Below are positions 1 to 9,788 of a stretch of DNA of 20,000 bases, in pieces (positions within the stretch are counted from its first letter, which is position 1; every line of letters starts with the position of its first letter). The translations under genes and the position numbers were made by a program. A model generated the notes under the pieces. It ran no database searches. It saw only the letters and a program-made list of their open reading frames with translations, and was not told where the DNA came from. Location: the NCBI RefSeq assembly GCF_000372725.1, contig NW_005201493.1:398417-418416 (forward strand), given 5' to 3'. Source of the stretch: Emiliania huxleyi CCMP1516. Its lineage: Eukaryota.

Positions 1-3000
1 GGACGTGCTGCACCGCGTCCAAGTTCTGCTGCACGTGATGTTCTTCGGTTGCAGCACCGCCGCTCACGCGGCACGCCAGGCCGAGGGTCTACGACGGGAG
101 CGGCTCCCGGGACCGGGGCCGATGTCATCCGTTGGCAGTGCTTACAGTTCTCCGACGTCGGCACCGACGTTCTCTTCTACGCCAACCTGAGCATGCTAGA
201 GAAGGACGTGTACGCCGGCAAGGTCTCATCCGTGGAGGAGGCGGAGGCTCTGCTCGTGCAGCTGGCAGAGCTGCGCCAAATCGGCTTCCTCGGCGGCGGG
301 CTGCACTTCATCATGCACGTCGTGCAGATGATCCTCTCTGGCCACTGGGACTACGCGGGTCTCCGACAGTGGAAGGTGGCGATGGGCCGCACGGACTTTG
401 ACCCGACCAAGGAGGCGCAGCAGCTCCGCCGGAAGGTGGAGATGATCCGGGCGTGGGTGGCGGGCTGGTTCAAGGCGGCGATCCGCGAGTTCCACGACAC
501 GTGGTCCGACGACTCAGTCTTTGACTTCTCCCACGACTCGTCGGCCGCGTACTCGGAGCAGTCACGCCTCAAGTCCGAGGCGCACACCAAGGCGTTCCTC
601 GTGTGGGTCGAGCAGGGCAAGGCCACGGGGGACACCGAGTTCCGCAAGCACGCCGTGTTCGTCCTCGACCTTGCGGTGCCGCTGCTGCTGTACTGGGAGG
701 CGTCGCGGCACTGTGAGTATGAGACAATGGACGTGGTGGAAAAGTACTTTCTGCCTCACTTCGAGGTTTGCGGCAAGGACAAGTACCTGCAGACCGTCGG
801 GTGGCTCAAGCTCAAGCCGGCGCAGCGCGACCCCCTCACCAACATGATCGTGGCGACGCACATCACCAACTCCATGAACGGCGTCTTTGGGAAGCTGATG
901 CACGGCGATCACTTCCAGGAGATTCACGTCAACCAGCAGAACCAGGTGGTCACCCTTGAGCCGGCGCCGGACAAGTGGGCCGACGAGATGTGCGTGCGGA
1001 GCCTCAACCTCAACGTGGCGCAGGTGCTCACCAACCAGGTGGCGACGGGAAGCTGGTCGCAGCTCGCGCTCGGTGGCGGCGAGGGCGAGCACATCACCTC
1101 GTCGAGGAAGCTCGAGGTTGTCATCACCGCGCGCATGAATCGCCGACTCGGGATTGTGCGCGCCGACCCGCGGCGTGTCGACGTCTTTGTGGACCTGCTT
1201 GGCTCCGGTCTGGGGGCGCACGTCATCGAGGTGAAGGTCGCGCAGAGCATCACCAGCCTCCTCGACCAGCCCTTGGCTAGCTACATTGCGGCTGGCTGGC
1301 CGCTCGTCCTCCGACGCGGCGGCGACTGGCTGAAAGGCGCAGCCGGGGGAGCCCTCGCAGTCAGCGCCAAGCTCAAGGCCGGTGCATTCCTCATTGGCTG
1401 CACGCTCGACGCGGACCTCTCTCTGCGGCATGGAGGCGGCGGGGAGTGGCACGAGACGAAGCACCATGATGGAGTGGGACGTGGCTTCTTGGCCTGCGCG
1501 CCTGCAGAGCCGCAGCCAGGGACCGTCGACGCCACGGCGCTTCGCGCCACGCTAGGGCTCGCCGCAGACGGAAGCGGCACCGCCCCCCCGGCGATAGCTG
1601 CGCTGGCAACCACCGTGCTCGGCGCGCTCAGCCTGGACCTGTGGAAAGGCATGTGCGGCAAGACAGAGGTCCGCCTCCTCCAGGTCTCCTGGGCGCCGCT
1701 GCCGGCAGGGCAAGGGGGCGCAGCTGCGGCACAAGCGGCGGCTCAGGCTGTCCTTCCGGCGGGAGCTCTTCTCACAAAAGTCGACAGGCGAACGATCGAC
1801 GAGCTCTGGACGCAGCGAGCCGGCGGGCAGACGGAGCAGCAGTTTGTTCAGGCGCAGACGAAAAAGGTGCAGTACGCTGTAGAGACACTAGGGGAAGCAC
1901 GGCGCACTCACCCACGCCCCCACGCCCCCGCACTGCCCCCAGACGCACACCCATAAGTGCACCCGTCACTCGGAGGAGAGGAGACGGCATGCGAGCGACA
2001 CGCCCCTGCAACGCGAGTCGCTCACATGCCGCCCAGCTGCCGTATCAGAGCCCTCCCGCCCCATCGCAGGTGCGCGGACGGCTTCGCACTGGCGCGGCGG
2101 GCTCGGTAGAGCGCGACCGACCCGTGCTACTGCGCAACGCGCTGGCGACGGCGGCCGCTGCCGCGCCGGACGTGCCGCTCCGGGCGCAACCGCCGTTGCT
2201 GCCGCCTCCCGGCGTCGCTCCGCAAGCGGCGGCGCGCGCAGGGCAGCGGCACGGGAAGCTGTTGCTCCCGCCACAGCCACAGTCCCTGTGGCTCTGGGTG
2301 TCGCAGGACGGGCTGCCGCCGTCGCCTGCCTCTGTGACGGGGTACCCGAAAAGCGGCGTCCCCAAAGGGCTCGCCCGCCTGAAGGAGGCGGCGGAGGCAG
2401 AAGCGCGCGCCGCCGCAGCCGCTGATGAGGCTGCTCGAGGGGCGCAACCGGCAGGGGGCGCGGCGGGCGGCGGTGGTGCAGGGGGTGCCCCCGCGGCAAG
2501 CGATCCCCGGCGAGCGAAGATGTGCGAGAAGTGCGGTGGCGCGAAAGGCCGCTGCCGCGACCCGGGCATGCCGGGGCACCTGCGGGAGGTCGAGGCACAC
2601 TGTGAGACGTGCACACCGCGCGGGAAGCCTGGCAGGCCGTGCAGCAGGCGTGGCAGCTCCGCCAAGGGCGCGCGCCACTGGCCGTCGCGGAGTGCTCCAG
2701 ACACGGGTGCGCCGCAACCGGCGGCGAACCCCGCCGGCTCGCCCGCACCGGCTCCGGACGCTGCTCCCGCGCCCGCGGGCACGCCCGCGGGCACGCCCGC
2801 GCCCGCGCCCGCACCGGACGGCGCGCCGGGCACGGCTGCTGTCTCGCCGGCGCCAGCGCCTGCAGTCAGCAAGCGAGCGCGCCTACTCAGACTCGCCGTG
2901 CAGAGAGTTCGGGCGAACCACGGCCGCGGCGCGACCGAAGGGCCAAAGGGCAAGCCCGGCCGCCCACCCAAGGTGGACTCGGGCATAAAAGCTCGAGCGG

Positions 3001-3203
3001 CGGTGCTGCAAGGGACGGTACCGCACGCCGGCGGACTAGCCAATGACATAGTCCTCGCACGCCTCGGCGATCGCCTGCAAGACGATCAGCCGGCTAAGCT
3101 GTTCGTGCGGTCGCTCGACGCGAAGAGCCTGGCCGACGCGGCGGCGGAGGTGGTTGCGCGGGGCGGCGGCGGCGGCCGGGCGGCGGGCGCGCGTGCGGCG
3201 GGA

Positions 3204-3234
<31 letters not shown>

Positions 3235-3632
3235 GAGCGCCTGCTGCGCCAAGCGGCGCGGCGCTCTGGCCGTGGGCGTTGTCGCGAGAGGAGCACGCGG
3301 CGAAGAGGATTAAGCTGAACAAGCTGGAGGACGAGCTCGACCAAATCGCGTCTCGGAGGAAGGACGCCATCGACAAGCTCTTCGAGCTGCAGCACGGCCG
3401 AACCAGTCGGAGCAATCGCCGGGACGCCGCCGCGGATGCCATCGAGCAGCTCGAGGCCGAAGTGGAGCGGCACAACGGCCGCGCCAAGACTTTCGAGGCG
3501 GAACGAGCCGCCATCGAGGCCGATATGCAGCGGCGGGCCGGGCCGCCAGCGTCGGCCGCGCCAGCCGGCCCGGCGGGCCAGCCGCCGGCGCTGTTGCCGG
3601 TGGGCGCCATCGCGGCCAACACCGCCGGCTGA
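1..3632 (+). CDS. Academ-superfamily (DUF6589-like) DDE transposase with long C-terminal extension, 5'-partial. Proposed exons <1..70, 139..1896 (or ..1866), 2070..3632
   Basis: ORF 49..1956 shows, in order, motifs I recognise from Academ/DUF6589 proteins: VGTDVLFY (second catalytic D context), LGGGLHFIMH, LLLYWEASRH..YFLPHFEVCGKDKYL, and NSMNGVFGKLMHGDHFQEIHVN (DxxxE). A phase-0 acceptor (ccatcgcag|GTG, 2069/2070) joins the frame of ORF 1641..3632 to phase-0 donors at 1897 (GAA|gcacgg) or 1867 (AAG|gtgcag). Frame-2 coding-like sequence at 2..70 can be joined by a GC-AG intron 71..138 (or ..147). The last exon has a Cys/His cluster (2520-2642), an AT-hook-like KPGRPPK (about 2950-2972) and a coiled coil. 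Confidence 0.65.
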
Positions 3633-4547
3633 CTGCCGGACGCGCCGCGCCGCCCCGCGCAGGCGCGGCCGCCGCGCGCGCCGGCCGGCGCGCTATCCGC
3701 GCGGCCGCCGCGGGGCGCGTCGCTGCCGCCGCGGCGAGCGATCGACGAGGGAGAGCACCTGCACCTGTGGTGCGCGGCCGGGCTGCGCTGCGTCACACGG
3801 CGCCGCGGCTGCCGACGCGTCGCGGCGCGCAGCGCTCGCCGCTCGCGGACAAGCGTAGCGGGCGCGAGAGTGGTGTGCGCGGGCGCGGGTGTGTGCGTCG
3901 GGAGTACACAGAGCGCGCGCGCGGCTGTGTGTGTGTGGAGAGCGCGAGCGACGCCGCTCGACGCCGGGCGGTGGCAGGGCGTGTCGCGGCACCTGCGCGC
4001 GGAGCAGCGCGTGTAGCTTGTCGGCGAGGTCGTACTATCATGAGCTCTAGCTCAGGTAGCCTAACAGCGGCAGCGGGAGCGCGTGAGGCAGTGATGTGCC
4101 CGATATGACGCTTGAACGAGGGCGTCGAGCGCCAGGTCACCTCGGCGCCGAGCGGGCGCGCGTGTCGCCTCCGCGCCCGATTCGCCGAGCGTGCCACCTC
4201 GGACTAGACCCAGATCCCGAGGCGCGGCGCCCGAGGGCATCAGGCTGGCCGCCGGGAGGCGGCGGCGCCCGCATCTCAAATCGCCTTGAGCCGCCCCATT
4301 CAGGGCATCAATCCCCTGAGAGTACTTGCCCCCGAAGGCAAGTGCGTCTGTTCACAGCTCACGAGAGTAAATTTCTATTCACTGCTCCAACTGCCTTGCT
4401 TTATTTTAAGGCGATTCGAACGCGGCACTTGCCACAGGCGCCGCATACACACGCTCTACCGGGGGGCGGGGACTGCGATCACATGGCGTTGGCCGGGACA
4501 CGGGAAGGAGGGAGGGGAGCGCAAGGGGAGGGGTGTCGCACAAACTA
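1..4547 (+). mobile_element. Putative Academ-type DNA transposon, right part; candidate right terminus ...GGGTGTCGCACAAACTA (4547)
   Basis: Transposase motifs as above. About 900 bp of non-coding DNA follows the stop and ends in CTA, matching the TAG..CTA termini typical of Academ elements. The left TIR is outside the window, so the boundary is unverified. Confidence 0.4.
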
Positions 4548-4777
4548 AGTAGCGTGGAGACATGGGGCACAGGCACGGGGCACCCAACGCGGAAAGGCAC
4601 ACAAGAGCCCTTGTGCGCCAGCTCTTACGAGGCGTACGAGCAGGCGCACGAGGATAGCCAAAGTGGTCGATCGACCAGTGCGTCAATCAAGCACATCGCT
4701 GCAGCAGGAGGAGGGGACCGACCTGCTGCTCTGCGCTTGAACAGCGCACGTGGCGCCGGACCCACCATGGTCCGCCA

Positions 4778-6029
4778 TCAGGGCTGCGCGAGGGCACCCG
4801 CCACCCGCTCCTGCAGGCGCGCGTTGCGCGCGGCAAAGTCAGTCTTGCCGACGTTGTCCTGCACGCGCGCGGCAAACGCGGTCGCGGACTCCTTGGCCGC
4901 CTCCCCGAGCGCCGCCGCCGCGTCGCTGGTGGCTTCGCCGAGGTCCGACGCGTCGACGGCCGGAAGTACCGACGGCGCCGCAGCCGCGGTGGTGGCTGCG
5001 GCGGTGGCGATGCGCGCGACGCCCGCGGCGGTGCGAGACGCGCGCGCGTCGTAGTCGGCGGAGAGGGAGGCCAGGTTTCGCTCCCCCGCCGCCGCCAGCG
5101 CCTCTTTTGCGGCGGCCGCCTTGCCCGCGACGTCCACATCGGGCGCGTCGATGTCTGGAGCCTTGACCGAGGCGGCGGTGCGGCCGGCTGCGTCCTGCGC
5201 CAGCTCGGCCGACCGCGCCGCGACCGCCGCGGCCTTGGCGGCCGCAGCCTGTGCAGAAGAGGCTGTCGTCTCGGCCAGCTGCGCCGTCGCCTCCCTTGCC
5301 GCCTCTGGCGCGGACGCAAGGCTTTCGGTCGCCTCGGCGGCCTTGGCGGCGGCCTTGCTCAACCTCGCGGGCGTGTAGGCCGCGTCGCTGCGAAGCTCGT
5401 CGAAGGAACGGCCGAGGTTGCCGCGCACTGTCGACGAGGTCGCCGCCGACGTCTCTGCGACGCCGGCGGAGAGCTTCGCCGTCGCCTCGGCCGTTCGCGC
5501 CGCCTTGGCCTCGTAGTCGGTGGAGAGGGAAGCAAGGTTCCGCTCGGCCGCCGCCGCCAGCGCCTCCTTTGCGGCGGTCGCCTTGGCCGCGACGTCGACA
5601 GGGCGCGCCGCACCCGTGATGGAGCCAGCGTCGACCTTTGGCATGTACTGCGCCGCAGACGAGCTGAGCGCCTCCTTGGTCTGCTGCTGAAGAGCCGCCG
5701 CGTCCATCTCCTTCAGCGCCGCCGCCGTCGATTGGATGTCACCGAGCCGCTCTTGAAAGCGCGCGTTACGCTCCTGGAAGTCGCCCTTCTGGATATTGCT
5801 CTGAATGCGTGCGGCAAACGACGAGGCCACGCCTAATGTTGATCTGGATGTGTGCCAAGCACAGCCGCAAACCTAGGCCGCAAAGTGAAGCCGCACCGGA
5901 AACGTCCGGCGCAGCAAGATCGAGCGCGGTGGCCGGACCCGAGGTCGAGATTGTCACGATGGCGGCAGCCACGAGCGCAGCAGCTGTGTGGTGTGCAGAA
6001 GGAGCGAGAGGCAGCCGCATATACAACAT
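4778..6029 (-). CDS. Ala-rich helical repeat protein (LEA/apolipoprotein-like composition) with hydrophobic N-terminal targeting segment; exons 6029..5897 and 5832..4778, about 395 aa
   Basis: A 64-bp GT-AG intron 5833..5896 (TCC G|gtgcgg...attag|GC GTG) joins MLYMRLPLAP..AAALVAAAIVTISTSGPATALD..DVS to ORF 4778..5830 in frame (133+1055=1188 nt). Codons have strong GC3 bias and the protein has two pairs of internal repeats. The true start is uncertain (6029, 6020 or an upstream exon). Confidence 0.7.
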
Positions 6030-6059
6030 CCGTTCGACGCCTCCTTCTTCTTCAATGGG

Positions 6060-6515
6060 ATGGCCGCGGCTCTCCCCCTCCCCGGCGCCGCTGCGCCCGC
6101 TGGCGGGCACCCCCCTGCGATTGTCTTGGCTACGTCAAGACATCTAGCGCCGGCTGCTACAACATCGGGACGCCCCCTGGCAACGCTAGATTCTTTCTGC
6201 GTGTGGACGGACCGGTGTGCGCTGCGCCGACGCCATCGCCGTCGCCATCGTTCTCCCCACCCCAGCCGCCGATGGCTGCCGAGGCTACCTACATCGAGGG
6301 TCACAATGACATGCGTATGCTGCACTGTGACACGCCAAACGTCGTCTACAGCAGTACCCTCGCGGCTGCAGCGCAGGAGTACGCCGACAGCTGCCCCTCG
6401 GCCATTCACCGCAGGCCGACCGCCCCAACGCTGGTGAGAACCTCTACTGGGCAGGAAGCACGGCGCCAGGCCGCTTCCGCGCGGACACGAGCTATAGCAA
6501 CGCGGTGATGCGGCT
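6060..6515 (+). pseudogene. Frameshifted, 3'-truncated CAP (SCP/PR-1/Tpx) domain gene with Cys-rich N-terminus and Pro/Ser linker
   Basis: YIEGHNDMRMLH..VVYSSTLAAAAQEYADSCPS in one frame continues as GHSPQADRPNAGENLYW..YSNAVMR if one G is restored at 6400/6401. HN..R..H and GENL are CAP signatures. The C-terminal GH(F/Y)TQ..W motif is absent. At least one further frameshift lies at the C-run near 6110. Confidence 0.7.
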
Positions 6516-6981
6516 GCGCCGAGCTCGCGCGGCGAAAGGGGCGCGCCATGCAGCGAGTGGACTTGGTAGGCAGAGTCCGCCCTAGCTCCAGCAGCACGGG
6601 GAACTTCGCGTGCAACGAAGACATCTTGCGCTGTCCATCGCGCTTGCGAACTCTTCCGGTGGCCAACTTGCTGGGCCGAGGTACTCTGCCCTGCCGCAGG
6701 TGCCTCGGAACGAACACGCGGGCGAAGAGTCGCGGCAACAGCGGATGTCCCAAAAACGGCGAGTAGCAGTCGTTTAAAGTCAGGAGACAACAGCAGCGGT
6801 CGGGGAGGATGGGCGTCGTTGCTTGTTGTTCTTTAGGTTGTTCTTCGACAAGAAGAACGATCATATGGTGAGCAGTCGTCACACGAAGGGGTGGGAAGGT
6901 GGCGTTGTTTAATCCGTGTTCTATTTTGGGGCGGCGGCGGCGGCGGTGTCCGCACATCGCCGCAGTGTGTGTGTGCTACTA

Positions 6982-9693
6982 TTATGGTGCAACGGCGACG
7001 GGCGGCGGCGGAGCAGCCGAGGAGGGCGGCGGCGGAGCAGCCGAGGAGGGCGGCGGCGGAGCAGCCGAGGAGGGCGGCGGTGGAACAGCCGACGGCGGGG
7101 GGGCGGCCGCCTCGCTCTCCGTGCCTGACCAGATCAGATCGCGGTCGTGGCCGCAGCCTGACCGGCGTGCGCAATTCCCCTGCAGCTCCGCCCGAGTACA
7201 CAGGCGTGCGCCCGCGTCCTCGCAGATGGTCGAGGCCTGTGCAAAGTTCTTGTTGTGGTGGCACTTGCCTCCCATCTCATCGTCGTCGGACTCGCTCCAC
7301 ACGGAGCACCCATCTTTCTTCTTCCAGCCGTCGATTCGCGAGTCGGAGCAACACCGCACCTCGTGCTTCTCGGACGGAGCCGCCCACCGGTCGCTCTCGT
7401 CGCACCGGCCAGTCCTGCCACACGCCACGTAACGTGGCGAGCCCGCAGGCGGCGCAGGTGGCGGCGGCGTCGCTGCCGGCGAGCAGCACTCGTCGACGAG
7501 CGGCGCTTGCCACGGGAGTTCGAAGACCTTGCGGAAGGTGCGTCCTTCGTCGCCTGAGAAGTACAACGCGTAGTGGCTGGCGGCGAAGAGGGCGTGGTCG
7601 TTTGCGAAGTTCGGAGAGAAGGCGAGTTTGCCGTTGAAGCCTCTGATGGGAAGTTGCTGGATGCTAGACCCCGCGCGCCAGAATTTCGGCGGGAGTTCCG
7701 CGTTGGCGTCGTCCCTGGCGAAGGGCGTCGGGATGGAGTGGACTTTGTTGATGAAATTGTACTCGGCGTCCAACTCGCCGCAGACGAGGCCGCCCTCGAC
7801 GTACGACGCGCAGAGGAGACCGGTCGGCGAAACGTGGAGTCCGTCCAAGCCGAATTTCAGTTTGCGTTGACTCACTTGCTGGCGGCCGACGCGGCGGAAT
7901 TCGGAGCCATCATACGCAAAAAGCTCGCCGTCCATGCCCTTGCCGGAAGTTTGGAGGGCGACGACTATCGGGTCTCCGTTGGCATCCCTCGCGAAGGCGA
8001 CGTTCGGCCAAAATCTCACGTCTGAAATCTGCGACCAGCTGAGGCCGCTGTCGGTGCTTTGGTAGATCCGCACGCGCTGTTCGTCGTTGATGTCCCTCAC
8101 TAGCGTGACTATTGTGGAGTCTTGTTGAAAACTGGGCGAGAGTTTCACATCGACGACGTCGCCGCCGTTGCCTTCCCAAATCCGAGCCCAAGTGAAGCCC
8201 CCATCGATCGATTCCAAAACGCCGTGGTTGAAGCCGCAGCCGTAGATGTGCGTGTCAGAGGCGTACTCTATTTTCTGGAGCGACTCGGAATTAAAGCCTC
8301 TGTTCGGGTCGATGAGAGGTAAATCCGGTAACGTCTCGTAGTTGTCTTCCGTAAACAAGTCGCCGTCGACTCGCTGAAGCGCCCGGACGCCCTGCTGCGC
8401 TCTGGGGACATATCTTAAAGCAAACTCCCCGCTCGGCGACTGCGCGACGGTGTTGTAGGATTCCTGGTTCTTTCGGAGCTGCAAGCGGGTCGCAGTTTGG
8501 GACGTCGTGTACGACGGGATTTTCTCTAGGAACGCCATCGACGACCCATCATGTAACTCTGTCACATTCAAATCACCGTGCCAGCAGCCGGCGGCATACG
8601 TGCAAATCGTCACCTGAACGTCGGCGACGGCCCAGATGCTGTAAATCGATTGCCGCACGGTGTCTAAGTAAGAGAAGTCGCGCATGTTGTCCGTCTTCCA
8701 CACGCCAGCGTACGCTCCTAAGTATGCGGTCTGCCTTGTGGGATCCGCCACTACGTGCGTGAATTCTTCCAAATCGAACGTCTCCGCCGGCTGGACGTCG
8801 CCGAGGTTGCTCTCGAAGTCGCCGTTGTCGATGCTTTCGACGATCCAAGTCGCGCCGAAATCTGAAGTGACTAACACCGACCTGACGTTCCTCCGAAGAA
8901 CGTATAAAGTTGTTGTCTCAACGCCATTCGGAGAGTGCGCCGCGACCGACAAGGGAGTGGTCGGTTTGGAGTCGTCGACTTTGGCCTCGGCTTCGGGCAA
9001 CTTGACGGCGGTCAGAGACCCGTCTGAATTGCCGACGCGAGTCACGAGGTCTTCTTGGTCACCAATGACGTATAAATACCCGTTAAAATCCGCCGAAATC
9101 CTCGTGACAAAACCCTCTGAAACGGTCGCGAGCGGCTCCCAGCCCCAGCTCCACCTTGAGCGCCACATCTCTCCGGTAGAAGGCGACCCGACGTAGAAGC
9201 CTTCGTTGTCAGCTCCAAGCGCGAAGCACTCCTCTTTAGTAGAAGGCGGCATGTTCATGAGTTCGTACGGCCCACCCACCCTGCCGCGGCGGAGCTGGAA
9301 GTTGGAGTCCTGGGCGATGGAAATGCGACCCCCAGGCCTCTGCGCCACGAAATCGCGCGGCCCGCCGCCCCGATCACAAAGTCGGAACTGATCAAACCAA
9401 TGGGCCCCGCCGTCTTCCGACCGCAAAAATCGACCGCCTTCAGAAAGGTACACCGTCGAGTCTTGGTTGTACCCCGGCGACATCACCGCGGTCGTTTGGC
9501 CTCCGACCGTCCTGATCCACTCCCAACTGTGACCGCCATCGGAGGACCTCAAAAGTTCGTCTCGTGAGCGAACAATCACCGTATCTCCCACAAAACTCAA
9601 CGCCTCGACAACATCGTGCGGCGAATGGGCATCAACAACCACCTGCGCAGCGCGACAGACGAAAGCGGCAAGCACAAACCTGAACGACATCAT
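6982..9693 (-). CDS. Secreted Asp-box/BNR-repeat beta-propeller protein (sortilin/YCF48/GH74-like fold) + C-terminal Cys-rich C-type-lectin-like module + Pro/Ser tail, 903 aa, intronless
   Basis: Uninterrupted ORF with first ATG at 9693 and stops TAA-TAG-TAG. It has a signal-peptide-like N-terminus and six Asp-boxes (RSSDGGHSW, RSEDGGAHW, TSDFGATW, ESIDGGFTW, QSTDSGLSW, SGDEGRTF). The C-terminal module is HEVRCCSD..ICEDAGARLCTRAEL..C..SGCGHD..IWS (about 7125-7430). Confidence 0.85.
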   Translation of the reverse strand: MMSFRFVLAAFVCRAAQVVVDAHSPHDVVEALSFVGDTVIVRSRDELLRSSDGGHSWEWIRTVGGQTTAVMSPGYNQDSTVYLSEGGRFLRSEDGGAHWFDQFRLCDRGGGPRDFVAQRPGGRISIAQDSNFQLRRGRVGGPYELMNMPPSTKEECFALGADNEGFYVGSPSTGEMWRSRWSWGWEPLATVSEGFVTRISADFNGYLYVIGDQEDLVTRVGNSDGSLTAVKLPEAEAKVDDSKPTTPLSVAAHSPNGVETTTLYVLRRNVRSVLVTSDFGATWIVESIDNGDFESNLGDVQPAETFDLEEFTHVVADPTRQTAYLGAYAGVWKTDNMRDFSYLDTVRQSIYSIWAVADVQVTICTYAAGCWHGDLNVTELHDGSSMAFLEKIPSYTTSQTATRLQLRKNQESYNTVAQSPSGEFALRYVPRAQQGVRALQRVDGDLFTEDNYETLPDLPLIDPNRGFNSESLQKIEYASDTHIYGCGFNHGVLESIDGGFTWARIWEGNGGDVVDVKLSPSFQQDSTIVTLVRDINDEQRVRIYQSTDSGLSWSQISDVRFWPNVAFARDANGDPIVVALQTSGKGMDGELFAYDGSEFRRVGRQQVSQRKLKFGLDGLHVSPTGLLCASYVEGGLVCGELDAEYNFINKVHSIPTPFARDDANAELPPKFWRAGSSIQQLPIRGFNGKLAFSPNFANDHALFAASHYALYFSGDEGRTFRKVFELPWQAPLVDECCSPAATPPPPAPPAGSPRYVACGRTGRCDESDRWAAPSEKHEVRCCSDSRIDGWKKKDGCSVWSESDDDEMGGKCHHNKNFAQASTICEDAGARLCTRAELQGNCARRSGCGHDRDLIWSGTESEAAAPPPSAVPPPPSSAAPPPPSSAAPPPPSSAAPPPPVAVAP
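7001..7092. repeat. 24-bp coding tandem repeat (3 perfect + 1 degenerate copy) encoding PPPPSSAA
   Basis: ggcggcggcggagcagccgaggag at 7001, 7025 and 7049; degenerate copy from 7073. Confidence 0.95.
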
Positions 9694-9788
9694 CACCCGG
9701 CAAACACCTAATTATTAGTTAATGAAGGCTATTCACACCTCGGTCCTTCACAGGTAATATGTCCGTATATAATTACCAGTCGTGTGGA

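Noticed and set aside
4322..4345. Hairpin acttgcc-cccgaa-ggcaagt as terminator or ncRNA
   Set aside because: A short stem in eukaryotic DNA with no supporting context; plausible by chance.
3633..4550. Several 70-236 aa Arg/Ala-rich ORFs
   Set aside because: Low-complexity GC-rich sequence lacking stops by composition, with no codon bias or motifs.
6515..6960. Minus-strand ORFs 5954..6790 and 6406..6957
   Set aside because: No recognisable motif, non-ATG starts, and overlap with the CAP fragment. May be a decayed fragment or 3' UTR, but no call can be supported.
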